A stretch of 64,000 bases of DNA, taken from assembly GCA_030141605.1 (NCBI GenBank), contig JAQGDQ010000526.1:89570-153569 (forward strand). Reading direction: 5' to 3'. Below are positions 26,652-41,000 of the stretch, in pieces; the stretch's first letter is position 1; each line of letters opens with the position of its first letter. Both the position numbers and the translations under genes were made by a program. The DNA is from Tubiluchus corallicola (taxonomy: Eukaryota > Animalia > Priapulida). The notes under the pieces were generated by a model. It worked only from the letters and a program-made list of their open reading frames with translations. It had not been told where the DNA came from and made no database searches.

Positions 26652-28815
26652 CTATTTACGAACAACCTGGCGCACCTTATTTTGCTGTTCTAGTGTTATT
26701 TTAGCCGGTTTCACTTCATTTTTATGTCTCATTCCATTCAGCATGATAAACATAACTTCAATAAACTCAAATATCGTCAGAATAGAACAACCAAAGCACA
26801 ATCCAAGTGATCCTCCGAGTTCAGACATCAATGTCTGCCACTGAAAAAACGTAACAACATAGAATCAAGCTGCACTGAATTCAAACAGTTATTGAAGACG
26901 TTACAAAGGCCATTTTCTGACAAAAAAATAATTATTGAGTTACTGTATTGGCATCATTGAGCCATTACTGTTTTAAATAATAAAAGCAGCATAAAAAGAT
27001 GATGGTTTAGTCAAGCAATAAGCCAATTATATGGGCATGTACGACGGTGAAAGAACTCGGACAAAAAACCGATAAACACAAATTTGGGTCATGTGTGCCT
27101 GTGGTGTGGCTGCTCATTATTTCATACTACAAGAATGAAACTTTTACTTAGATGCATAAATACTTACAATGTTTAGAGCAAAATTAGATAGAGAAATGCG
27201 ATATGTTTAAAAAAAACGAGGTATCAAGATTAGAAAAATTTACAAATAGCCAACATTGGCAATCAAATGAAGATTAAAAGCAAAAAGCTCAACAAAATTG
27301 GTTATGCTGTTTGAACGGACAATTAAGCAGGATACAGTTACATCAAAACAATGTGCAAACAAGTGTAATGGAAAACAAGCAAGAGCACGCTTGCAATGCA
27401 GTGAAGAACAGCTTGCTAGAAACCCATGCGTGCCCAACCCAATGCTTCCCAAACACATTTGTATTCGCCGAGGAAAATGTAGATATAGTTTGAACATTTA
27501 TTCGTTTAGAATAATCATTTAATTACCTCTAAAATAACAATGCATGTTGTAAGTAACTTGTATTGTGCTTAGATTTACATACTATCACGAACTCATACTG
27601 TATTAAAATTTTGAAGTGGATTTGAACCATGGCCTCGGATTACAAGTTCTTCGGTGCCATGACAAGTAAATAATTTCTAGTACTCATAATGTGGTCTATC
27701 AATCCAAAAATCACTCCATCAAAGAAATGCTCCGTTCAGTCCCAAATCTTTTTTAATCATTAATTGATAATCTTGAAACTGGGGTCATAACTACTAATAA
27801 TTAGCATGAGTTGGTGCATAAATTAATTACACGCCTACTGATCCTACCAAGATGATTATTTGCACATTCAGCTATACTATTAATAAGGTCAACTAATATA
27901 ACAGATTTTTGTGGAATAGATGCAATATAGAAATATTTATAAAATCAGCACACGGGGAATACTCATAATTTATTTTGTAATTTTATAACAGCATGCCCAT
28001 ATGCTAGTTTGTAGTGTATTTTTAGCATATAAATGGTGCCACAATAGTTTGTAGCACAAATTCAAGGTAGCGAGTTCTCTGTGAAACATTTTAGGATATT
28101 AGTAGTTATAATGCCTTTGGCATTTCTTTTGCTGAAGAATGATGTATAAGGCAAGTAATTAATTCAATGATGAACACGTAATATTCAAAATGATTGTCGA
28201 CAGATATATATAATACAATAGTTATACACGTGCTCACAGTATCATAAAAAGAAAACAACTTTTAGTAAGAGCTTATAAAATATTAAAAAGCATGTCACAA
28301 ACGCTTTGACTGCAGGCTACAGTCAGCATCAGTGATAGATTACACAAACAAAAAACCAGTTATGTAGGCAGAGCACGACTACAGTACCGACCAGGTTTCT
28401 TTTCTACAAGAGTGTCAATTCATTACATATTTGACTTCGTGGTATAGAATTATAAAAGTATATAATTAGTAAATTTCTGTACTGTGAGCTCCACTTTTCT
28501 AACTTGCTGTTTGTTTGTGTAACCTATCACTGATGATGACTGCAAGCTGTAGTCGAAACATTTATGACATGCTTTTTAAGATTCTATAAGCTTTTAATAA
28601 AAGTCGTTTTCTTTTTATGATATTTGTATTCTGCTTATTTATTCTAAAATATGCCTGTTTTATTACCGTATAAGCGGGCGCTTCTTCGATTGATTCGTAC
28701 GAAAGGTCAGTGTAAAAAATGTCTAGTTTCACAAAATTGTCCCTGAAAAATTGCATAAGCTCACAGTTTTTAAAAGCAATTGAACACATAACTTGTAGTT
28801 TTCATCTATATGAAC

Positions 28816-28862
<47 letters not shown>

Positions 28863-28920
28863 TCTCTCTCTCTTCTCTTCTCTTCTCTTCTCTTCTCTCC
28901 TCTCCTCTCCTCTCTCTCCG

Positions 28921-28952
<32 letters not shown>

Positions 28953-28964
28953 TCTCTTCTCTCC

Positions 28965-29050
<86 letters not shown>

Positions 29051-32000
29051 CCTCTGTCGTCTCTCCCCCTTTCCCTCTCTCCCCCTGTCCCTCTCTCTCT
29101 CTCTCTCTCTCGCTCTCTCTCACCCTAAAGCAAAAAGACTTAGCAAACTGTTAACTGAAATCCCCCACAAAATTTGCGGTTTCAAATTTTTTTCACTACA
29201 ATTTTGCTGCATTTAAATTTTGATAAATTACTGAAAGCTACTGCCAATAATGTAAATTTAATTCTTAATTATTTTATTAATCAATAAAGCTGCTGCCAAT
29301 TTTTCTTGGTTTGCAGAGATGGAGAAAATTGCAATAGGGTTTATTCAAATGAGTGTGAAAGAACTGGCCAGAGTGTCTGGCTTTAGCCTATAATACTGCT
29401 GTAGTTAGAAGATTAAAATTAGGGTGGTGTGACCCCGTTGGGCTATATACGTAAAAAGATTATAAAAATACCTTATAAACATAGCATATCCATCTTCGAG
29501 GTTGTCTGTTATGTTAACAGCCATGTTTTCCTCTAACTTAAAACACACTAAAACAGAACAAATTTGTTAATATTATTTGAAAGTCAGAATCTTCAACAGC
29601 AGAGTATAAACCCTTTAAGATGGGAATTGGCAAAACAACATTTGCTCCTATGTTTATTGTATAAGGAGATTGGGTTGGCCTAAGACATGCATACAAGACG
29701 CTTTGTGAGTAATGTTCCAACTGATTTTCTATATAGACCATGCATTAAAGATTAGTACAGTGATATATTAATAGTTCCTAAATGCTTATTACTCCCAAAA
29801 CAGAGATGCATTTGACTTCCAATATACTTGTTGTCTCTGCCACAATATATCAAGAAATAACCCTACTACGTCTTAAAACAATCATTAATTCCAATGAAAC
29901 CCGTTGCAATATTTTTCACAATTGTAAGTGACAGGTGGTAGGCTTTCAAAATCCAAGATAGAAGATTATTTTATTCATACTGATTACAAAGTCTTTCTCA
30001 ATGGCAAAATTGATTTTTGCTACAACAATGCAATTTTTTGTTCCAAACCATAGTTGTCGTTGAAATATTTTTATTAAATGACAGTACAGCTATAAAGATT
30101 TTTTCTATACAAACCACCCTAGGCAAGGCCACTTGAAAGAACCAATAAATTCAAATAAGATATTCAAATAATCACTTCATCAGTGATACAATGGAACAAC
30201 TGTGTAATGAATATTTTGTTGAATTCAATACTACATATAGCCCTTTATTATGCACACACACGTAATTTTTGTGGTTAACGAGATAGTAGCTGCACTATTA
30301 TATTGTGGTAATGTCGGCCAGCCAGTTTCTATGCACTCTAAATATTTCGCATGAGAGCTAGATTAGATTTTTATAGCATGCTGAGCCAATCAGCAGAGCC
30401 GATTAATTTCCAGTGGCCGATATTAGCCAAATCAGATTGGGGTAATTCAGTCATCGGCTAGTAGCCTAAAACGTAAGATTGTTCACTGTGAAAGCAGAAA
30501 CTGAATTGGTGAACCTACTGATTAGACGACTAGCTTACCAATATGCTGAAGCAAAAAGCATAAAAGGTTTTTCAGAGAACACCAAGTTAGCAGGATTCGA
30601 CTGATTACAGGCTTTCGTGTCTCGTCGTCCCCAGCTTTCTATCAAGAGACCAGCAAATTTGTCTTTGGGTCGAGCCATGAACTTCAACGAGGTTGTGGTA
30701 AAAAATCATCAAAGTGATGAGCGAAAACGACTTAATTGGACAACCATGTGGAATCCGGATGAAACGGGTCTGCAAGATCTTTTTGAATAGACCGAAGTGA
30801 TCCCATTCACCCGGGGCGTTCTGACTGGACACGACAAAGATGAAACTACAACTCTCCTCAGTGCTAGCAGTGAAGTTGGATGACTGCTCGACATCTCATC
30901 ATTTTCAAGGGCAAACGACAGTGACATGATTTACAGTACGAAACTGCAATTGGAGACCTTTGTCAGAACGTCTGAATCTGGTTGGGTTAAAGACGAACTC
31001 GTTACTGAATGGGGTTGCAGTTTCGTTCGATATCTGCCTTTTAAAGGTGCATTAGGTGACAAAAACTTGCTCGTATTGTATGGACACACGACACACTAAC
31101 TCAACTTCGACTTTATCAGAACCATGCGAGAGAACAACATCATACTATGGTGTATACCACGTCATGCTTCCCATCATCTTCAGCAACTAGACAAAAACGT
31201 ATTTTCATCCTTGAAACAGTCCTGGAATTAACTTAGCAAAGAAAAGACATACACAATAGCTGATCGTCTGCTGGACATGCAAGACTTTACCGCTTGCCTT
31301 CACATCTAAAAATATCAAAAATGGATTCATTAAGAACGGTAATATATCCCTTCAATACAACTCGCATTTCCAGCGATTTTCTGCCAAGTAAAAATATCGA
31401 TAGATAATTGCCTAATGTTGCACTTCAGCCTGAAATCATGGACGTAAACTATGCTGTAGGAGTCCGAGATATGAGCCTTATACACATTGAAAGTAAGGCG
31501 GCTGTTGATATGGAACATGATAATCCACAACCAAGCACTTTTGATCATTACGTCCCTGCCAATAACCATCACGAGGCATCAAAATCTGCCACACTGCCCG
31601 ATTGTTCACATCCATCAGGTCCTCGAGAAGTACGTTTCGCAGGCATCACCAAGAAGGTGGAAAATCAGCACAAGAAATGCGTTAGAAGAAGACCAGAAAA
31701 AAGTCCATCACAAAATTTAACAAGCTCACTCCAAATGAAGCTCATCTCATCTAACTATGAAGTTCCATATGAAGTTCATCTCATCTAAGAAAAACAACGG
31801 CATCATCGATTTTAAAGCAAAAAACTAAAGATATGTTGGCTTGATGAATGAATTTTGTTAGAAATTTTTTAAACATGACTATATTATTTTGATGCCAAAA
31901 TTCTGTTTTCACGATTTGGTATGTAAAATAAAGTATGTCGGCATATGAGAAGCAACAGTATTTTGACTTGAGTAATTTTGTGATAAGTTATTGAATAGTA

Positions 32001-35000
32001 TTTAGTCTGAGAGTGTCACGGTATGAACGACATTTCTGTAATAATGAGATGTTACTAATAATAAGACATGACAAATATTCACCAAGTGCTTAGAATGTAT
32101 CAAAACGCACGGCTGTCAGCCGGGCCGACATTACGCTATCTCGTGGCCGATACAAGTTGGCTTTAACAGGCCAATATTGTCCTGATTTAAACTATACAGA
32201 GTGCACAAGTAACACGACCGATATTACACTGAATTGAACGACATAAACCATTTCCTTGGATTCCTGTAAAGCAGACAAATCCGACGATGCGTCTGCTAAG
32301 TGCTAAGCCTGTGCATATAATAATAGTGATAATATAAGGTAAATCATCGAGGAAATCTAAATGTGGACGTTATTACCCCCAATATACCATGTTAGAAATA
32401 AGGTACCTCTACAAAGAATAAGTAATTCATAAGTTTAATGAATTAGCAGAAATTGTTATGTAGACAAACCAGCTTAGGAAGCATGCCTTTTCTTCCGTCT
32501 ATATTTGTCTATATTTGTCAACGTTCTAATGTTGTCTATATTCTAATGTTGAATCAACCACAATAGTCTCAGATCTGACGCCATAATACGATATATACAA
32601 CAGATGCTCTTTACATGCCTTGCTGGCAAAAACTTAATAGTTTAAAGATGAAAAAGATTTTCAAGTAATGACACAATGATTTTTTTTGTAACAAATCTTG
32701 TTTAAAAAAGCTGAAAAGTTTTACTGTCTTCAAGTTCATGCAGATCCGTTTCAGCAAAGGATAATATTTCCATGAACTCTTCACTCGTACATGCACGTCT
32801 AAACATGGTTTCGAGAAAACTTTTCTGGAAAAAATATATTCCGTTAAAAATTTTACAAACAAAACACAAAATACTTCCATCTCTATTCTATTAAAATAAA
32901 GCCAAGATTATTATACAAGTATTTGAATTTTAAACCCAGAACAGTTTGACATTCACTGAAAGCACACATAATTTGTAATTTAATAACAAATAATGAATAT
33001 AGCAAGAATTATAGAGAAATTCATATTTTTTCAAGCTGTTTGGTTGGTCTTTCTCTCAAAACGACCCTAGCTTTGTGGCAAAAAACAGAAAAGAAATAGC
33101 AATCCTAAAGTTATTAATTGACATACTTCGTTATTAGGAGCTGGCCAGTATGACGACATCTGCACAAAATTATATTTGTATTCTCTGAAAAAAGCAACAG
33201 AAATATTTTATAGATTAAGTTTCGTGACTTTTTTAAATTTGAAATACTTTAAACACTACTATTAAGTCTTAAAAATTTCTGGCTCATCACACCTCATGAA
33301 ATTTTTTCCTGGTTTTTAGATACTAGTTTAGAAACTAATAAAGCAATTTGACGATGTTATCATATTAAGGAAACACATAACTTTTACCGTTTTTCATGTG
33401 CATTCGCTTAAGAATGTCATACGTACTTGCAAGGAAGCCTGCAATTACAATCTAAAGGGGATAGAGAGGAAAAGCTCGTAGCACAGGCGCTGTTTTCTGC
33501 AAAAGAAATGCATAAATATCTAATCAGTTTGCTGATCAAGTGCATCACCTTTCTCATGTTTTGAAATTTTCGCCTCTTTTGACTGCTCCACGTATACTTC
33601 TGCATATGACACAACAACTTAGGGTACGTTAGTAATCCACATAAATACTCCAAACGTTTTTTAACCACTCTGGTACTTATAATGCCCGATTGTCAATGCA
33701 CTGTTATTGATGGGTAAAATGGATGAAAAATGTGGAATTCTGCTGCACTTTGGCCATCTTGTCACATTCTGAATAACATCTAATCGCCTATTGTTAGTTT
33801 TTAAATCTATCAAAGTCTAAAATGCTTAAAACGAAATGTTTTGGATATAGGCACGTGGTGCCTCCTTGTGTTTGTTTTTTGCAAATTTAGGCTGTTGATA
33901 AACAGGTGAGCTAGAACAGGAAATAGGCCATTGGCCTCATTTTGCAGACAGGATAGGTAAGAAGTCATTCTTGTTCAGTACGTCGTGTCGTTTTATCACA
34001 AAATTTTGTCGGCCGAGTTCTCTTTAGCAAGTTAGTAAGATGCGGCAAAGATGTAAATTTGATTTCTTCATATTTCATAATATTATTACACATTTTCATT
34101 ATAACAGTTAATTATCCTTTTGACATTGGATAAGCAGGAAATGTTTTTATTTGCTTCAGATAAAACGAAGTCGAGTCGCACATAATATGTCAGTCAGTCA
34201 GTCAGTCAGTCAAATATGTCATGATGTGATAGTGATTTTAGGATGAGACGATGATTGCCCATTTTGGACAATAAAAAATCCTAAATTACATCTAAAAGAC
34301 TGTTGAACTTGTATTTAGCGCATGTCAACTATATTGAGCATTCAAATAAAATGTAGTACTGTTTCTAACCAACTTATAGTATAGAAGCAATGCCACTCTT
34401 GTGAGAATTTTGCCCTCGTACTTTTAGAAGACGGAAGAATTATAAATAATATGCTATTATCAATATTACAATTTTGGCGATATAAACATTGTTTAAATAA
34501 CATTGCTTAAAGCTAAAAAAATCAGAGCATTAATAGTGCACACTTCACAAACTAAGCAAATGCAAAAATTACTTTCTAAATAAGATTGATAAACTGTTTT
34601 ATGGTGAGTTAGTGACATTTTTGGTGCACTCTGGGATAGTGAGCCAGTGACGTTTTAGCAGTTAGCATGAACATTTTAAATGTCATTCAACTAGATAAGC
34701 CGAATGTTAAATAATATAATTTTGTATAGAAAAATTTTTGAGATGTATTTATAAATTTCCCTATTCTTTTCGTTTAACAAAAAGCACGCATTAAACTACA
34801 AACATAATAATTAATTCTTTACACTGTCCTTACCTTTAGTTGTGCAGATAGACACATTATTCTTTCTAAGAGTTGGGTAATAGTAGTTATGAATAATGCA
34901 GCCACACGTTGTAAGCATTTTGTTGACAATGCAATTTTCGGTGCAAGCCTAAAAATGTTATCCACAAATTCGGTAAAAGTTCTTAATAAACAACAAGGAC

Positions 35001-38000
35001 CAACAACAAGTACAAGTTGTAGGAGACAAATCAAGTTTTTTTTAAAAAATGCATCTATTTTAAAAGTCTGATCTAGGAACGAAAGTCACACAGCTGTAAT
35101 TAATTTTATGATCTCATCAGAGAGGGCACTTTAATTTGGACATGTACTTAGTGGATACACTGTTTTTCACAAAAAAATTCAAACAGTGAAATGAATATTA
35201 CCATATACTTTTCAGGAAAGGAATAGTTTTATATATCATTTATATGCACTCCTTTTGAAAGTCCAAATCTTCCTTATTGAAATAGAGGCTGCTGAATTGC
35301 TGTGACAGCACGTTACCATGCCGTTCTCACGCAATCAACGAGGTTCTTTTAGTTTATTCTCCTAGCCACAGAGCAACATGTCACGCATGGTCCTTGTTAC
35401 TATTAATAACTGCGATGACGGTTGGTGTAATAAACATCAGATAAAGTCGGATTAAAATGATCAGATAAAGTCGCCATTGGTTATTATCCAAAACAAGAAC
35501 AACAATGAACGTGCGCTCAAACTCAGGCGCTAAACCAATTGTAACAGTGCAGTGCCATCTATCTTGATTTATGTAACTCATGATTAATGAACATACTCTT
35601 ACCATTACAATAACATTTGTTTTTATTGCTTTTTGTTTATCATTATTTTGTTAGCAACAAAAATTTTATCTGCCGTTCCACCTATTTCTAAAAGAAAATG
35701 ACTGTAACCGTTTTGATCAATAAGTTAATGCTATTATACTTGCTTGGCACTAGCAAGGGTAATATACTGCACATTGTCATTCATATGTAATTTATTGATG
35801 TATAATGATATATGTCAATATTTATACCTTGAGTGCATTTTACATGACGATCAAATGCATTTTAGATAAAATCCTAGAAATAAGAACAGGGTGATAAACT
35901 ATAAAAGTTGCACATAAACTGTGGCACACTAATTGATTAAAAGTGCATTGAATACGACAAAAAAGAGAATAATCATGAAAATACAGAAAATTCAGTAAAA
36001 GATAACACAAGACATTAACTTGGGTGCAGAAAGCCTTATTACACGAACAAGTTTTTTCAGACTCTTTTAAAACTGTCAAGCGACTTGATCTGACAGTTGC
36101 AGAAACAGAGAATTCTGCAGTTTGTAGGCAGCAGTACCAAATTAATGATTTATTCCCGCAAATAACAAGGGTGGTGCACAGCACTTCAAGATTACTTCTA
36201 CATGAGCAACATATTAATCCTTTATGAAGGATACACAGTTTCAAAAGGATATACAGTCTCAGAAGGTCTGATATGCGAGTAAGTGAAAGACTATTGTACG
36301 CTATCAAGATGAATCTAAATGTTACTTTGTGCACAGTTGGCAACCATGGTTATTCTCCGAGCACTGGAGTTAACTGGTAAAATTCCTAACAGCGAGTTAT
36401 TAGCTTAGTGGCTGACTTAAGTTCATTTAACAGTAAACACCCAAGAAAAAATGACGCCTGGAATGTCAGAACATTAGAAAATGTTTACAAAAATTCCGAT
36501 TTTTCCTTGAAATCCCATGCAGCAGTGAAGCCGGGCGCTTTTTTCCGGGCGTCCAATTAGCTGCAGTTACTTGAAGCATTGAATACTTGCCATATTTCTC
36601 ATATAAAAAAATACAGTTAATAATATTAGTCACGGTCATGTCAGACCTGTTTGCTTTTTTTTAAAGTTCTGCTAACCTCAAAACCTGAAAATATACATAA
36701 TATAAAATAAGTATATGTGTGCATTATTATTCTTTTTCATGAATATAACCATCTGTCGTGTTGACAAAAGGTATAACAGTAGAATATACTTTAAATGTTT
36801 ATTGATACAGAAGTTTCCACAGAAATATAGGTGAAATGATGTCTGCATATAATGTCTTGTAAAAGCCAACTGGTAGTACAGAATATAGCAAACTTGAGCA
36901 GCCGTTCATTATTTGGTTAAACCCATTTTTAGAATAGGTAACAGATAGATAGAAGCCATATCAACTACAGTAATAGCGGTTTTACAGGTTATTAATCTAA
37001 TTGCAAATTAAATGTATTTTTTATGATTTTCGGTCGTTCACAACGACACCATCGATGTTGCATTAATAAAGCATAGAATCGCCGGTCTGTTAAAAGAGAG
37101 ATTAAATCTTATACTTTTATGCTGAAATGAGTTAACTGATGTTCGTTAAATAAGTAAGAAGCAAGTGACAAGTTAAATTTGAGACTGAATCACTCGAGGA
37201 TTCCCCACGAAAATGGAAAATGCAGGAATTTCCATACAGCAGAATTCCTCGCGATAAGGATCTAGCTGGATCTAGCAGAATTCCTGATGAGAAATTGCAA
37301 TAGAAAATTGCCGCGCGTCCTCACTGTGACATGGGCCTCGCGTACATACTGAAGGTTTTGAATGATATAGGGAAAGACCATACAATAAACTGTTGCAGCA
37401 ATCCATTCAGAACTAACAAAAGCTAGCATACGTCAAGATTTCACAAGTATTTTTCGCACGAAATATTCTAATTTTTTATACATCATGCAAATAAAAATAT
37501 GAAGATTTACTAACACTGCTAATGTGAAAGACCATTGAAAGACAATCGTTCATAATTACACAAAGGTTTACTGCATTACTAGACATCTCAATACGATTTT
37601 TGCCAAACAGAACAACAACAACAACAACAACAATAAAAGCATGTATCCAAATCCTCTCGGCTAATGTTGCTAGGTTCATTTGATGTTTTCACAGTCACAC
37701 AGCTTATTCGAATCTTTGCTCAATAGAAGAGAGAAAGGAAAACAAAAAGACAAGAAGTTAAAAGTGAAATCTGAAGAAAAGTAATTATTTGCAAAAGTAC
37801 TGCCAAATAACGAAATAATAAAGGCAAAAGCAAATTTGTTCAGACTTCATACCTTAGTGTTGTACTGTTCTTCAGGAAAAAGGGTAACATTATCATAAAT
37901 ATCGCTTCCATCAGTGCAATTACCATAAGGAATTTTCTCCAAAGAGACATTTGTCTGAAACATAAATCTGTAGCTTGTAAAAAATCGCTATGTTCGTAAG

Positions 38001-41000
38001 TAGACTCACTCTTATTCAATAATCATAATTTATTTAATATTCTTATATGCATTATTATGGTATAAGCAACAAGAACACGGTAATTTTAAAGCCTAAATTT
38101 ATTTCTAAAATATGCAAATCAGTACACACAAAAACATAGAATACACTAAGTAAGCAAAAATAATAATAGGAGCTCCTGTTGTACATCCCAGAAGTCATAA
38201 TCTAGGAATGTCTTGTTAAAAGTCAAAGATATTGTTGTGAATCCTCTGGATCCTTTTCATGGAAACTACGTTTATATGAGCAGTAATCGTACACTTAGTG
38301 CCTTATCTTGTAGGAATAGTCGGCAAAGAAACACATTTCGTACCTAGCCAAGTGTTTATGTGCAATAGTAGTGCTGAGTTTTTTTTAAGTCAGCTTATTT
38401 TAGCTGGCAGAATCACTCGTTATGTTAAGTATACTTGTTTTTAATAGCTCTATATTGTAACTAAATTCCCTTTGGGGTACAAACAAACACATACAAATCT
38501 TAATCTTAACACAGCACATTAACTGACTAAAAGTATGTTGAATGTGAAAAGAGAATCAAAAATCGCAAAACACAGAAAATTTAGTAGAATAATACAGATA
38601 ATACCAGTTATTTACTAGAGTCATGTGTTGTCGCGAATCAGTAAATATTCGCAGGGAACGTAGGGAACAACAATTTCTTCTTTTTTGTTAATGTGGAACT
38701 ATTTGGCAAGGTGGCGAAAGAGTTGGGAACTACTTTTTTAGCAGACGGAAAGAAACCCGCTTTTGTGTTAAATTTTTTACAGAGTTTGGCGTTATTTTGT
38801 ATCTTTGTTTTAATAAAAGCGTTGAGAGCTCTGATTAATCAATGTGTTTGAAGCATTTATTTTCGCCTGCCTGCGTTTTATATTTGTTTGAAACAAGCGC
38901 TTACCCAGATATCAGAGGGGTCGCCTAGTTCCCCCCTCGCAAAGGTAAAGTTTTTTGTTAAATTTAATCATCATTGACCAATGGTAGAACTGTAGAAGTG
39001 CTACTCGGGACGTAAACGGAGGGCATTTTCTAGTACATGTTTTGCTTCTCAAAAAGCATTAATTATATAGAATAAAAGGAAAAAATAAAATAAACATGAA
39101 ATAATATTACAACATGGACTATTTCAATCAAACTAAAATGGCTACTGTAAATACAGTTCACTGCACTTATCATTGATCTAATTCGTATTCTCATTTATTT
39201 CATACCACATGTGAAAGTCCCATAGGAGCTGCTATGCTGATATATATATATATATATTAAAAATCACTTAAATCATATCGCATATGTTTGAACTTAATAC
39301 GTTATTAGTTTCTAGACCACTTCAGGTCAACTTGTCCTTAACAAGTGCAAATAACTACTCTTTATATTTCAGTAAACAAATATAATTTAATGTACAAATG
39401 TAAGCAATAAACCTCAAAGAGTGTTTGGTTTACGAGCTAAGCATTAAAAATTTTTGCCCTTGGAGTGCAGTGATTTCCTGGAAGGTATGGCTTCACATGA
39501 GGTTTTACTTAACATTATGATTTGCTGGAATGCATTTGCTTTGTTAAGTGATCAATTAATTTAATACACCAATGTACGCGCTGGTACAACCAAAAAAGTC
39601 ATCTAACTAAGTTAGCAAAGTCAAACATCGTTATAACGCCCCCCCCCCTTTTATAACGCCAACATTGCTTAACGCCATATTAATGCACCTCGTTATAATG
39701 CCAAACTCGCTATAATGCCAAAATTTTGCAGTCCTAAAGTAGGAAGTATAAAGAGGTTTGACTGTGTAACAAATATACGCTAAAAAGAAATCAAAGATAT
39801 GACTTTTTTCTAACCTAAACCTAGTCCGACCCTCTTGGAATCATTTTAACAGGTTTTCTTGCAAGTTTACCTTTATTCAATTAAAATGTCTGATGAAAAA
39901 CAAGAGGCAGTCATAGTCTAGACCATACGATGTTACGAAATAAAATCGTTAAAAAAATTAATTGCTAACTGTCATGTTAAGAAAGATGTGTTTACCATTG
40001 TAAGACCAGAACCAGTTGCAAATCCAGGTGGAACGTCAAAGCCACTTTCTACTGGAAATGGTGTGTGCCCTGGATTGTGAATCACTACGTGGACTCCAGA
40101 TTCACTAATTGATTCCAGATAATCTTTTGCATTAATGAAAAGGATCAGTGATAGCCCTAGCAAGATTAGAGCAAAAGTTGTTTTTATTGCGAATATTTTT
40201 TGCATACAGTAAAGTTATTTCAGATTTCAGATTTTTCTTTAAAAGGTGCTGTAAAAACGTTAAATGGGCATTCTTGTGGCGAAATTTTGAAAACTAATGA
40301 GAGAGTTTTTAAGTTGAAACTTATCATGCAGAAAATCACCAGTGTACCACTCATTACCTTTATGCGCTCCTGCCCTTTTCACACTTCTTGTTTTGGTAGC
40401 ACGTGGTGTGTTGTTGTAACCGTCATTGAATGTAAAACATCTGCCAAAACTTGGGTCATCTATTGCTTTAAAATCCCTGTAAGAAGTTACGCAGACTATA
40501 CCTAGCACATTACAGAAGTTTTTCATCAGTATGGATAAGTTAATACAATAAAATTAGCATAAAATAACAGAAAGAAAGAAAAGGGATAATGCTGTAAGGC
40601 AGTGAAAAGAATAAAGGGGCAGTTACACAGAGCAAAACAAAATAAGCTGGTTTAGCATAGGACAAATGGCGAAGCACGCAAAAGCAGTATGTTGTGAAGA
40701 AAAAAATGGAAGAATAAAACAATGGGACAGAAAAACTAAAAAATAACACAACTGTTACGAATGTTTGCACAAATTAAAAACTAAATAAAACTGGAAACTA
40801 CCTTGGTATGTCACAAGCAAAGCCCATCCAAGTGCAGTTAATGATAAATCTCTGCGGTGGGGCGCTAACAATGTCTTTTAGAGTTGCGTTTGTGTTAACT
40901 TTGATCAGAATTTCTGCAATATCAACGACTTCCTGGTCAAAATACATCACAGTCGTTTCTGAATTGCCACTTCCGCTCTGGAGAAAAATTAGAAAAGTAA

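Noticed and set aside
31408-31788. 126-aa ORF as an independent gene
   Set aside because: Lies inside the pogo-like element downstream of the broken DDE domain, so it is the transposase C-terminal remnant.
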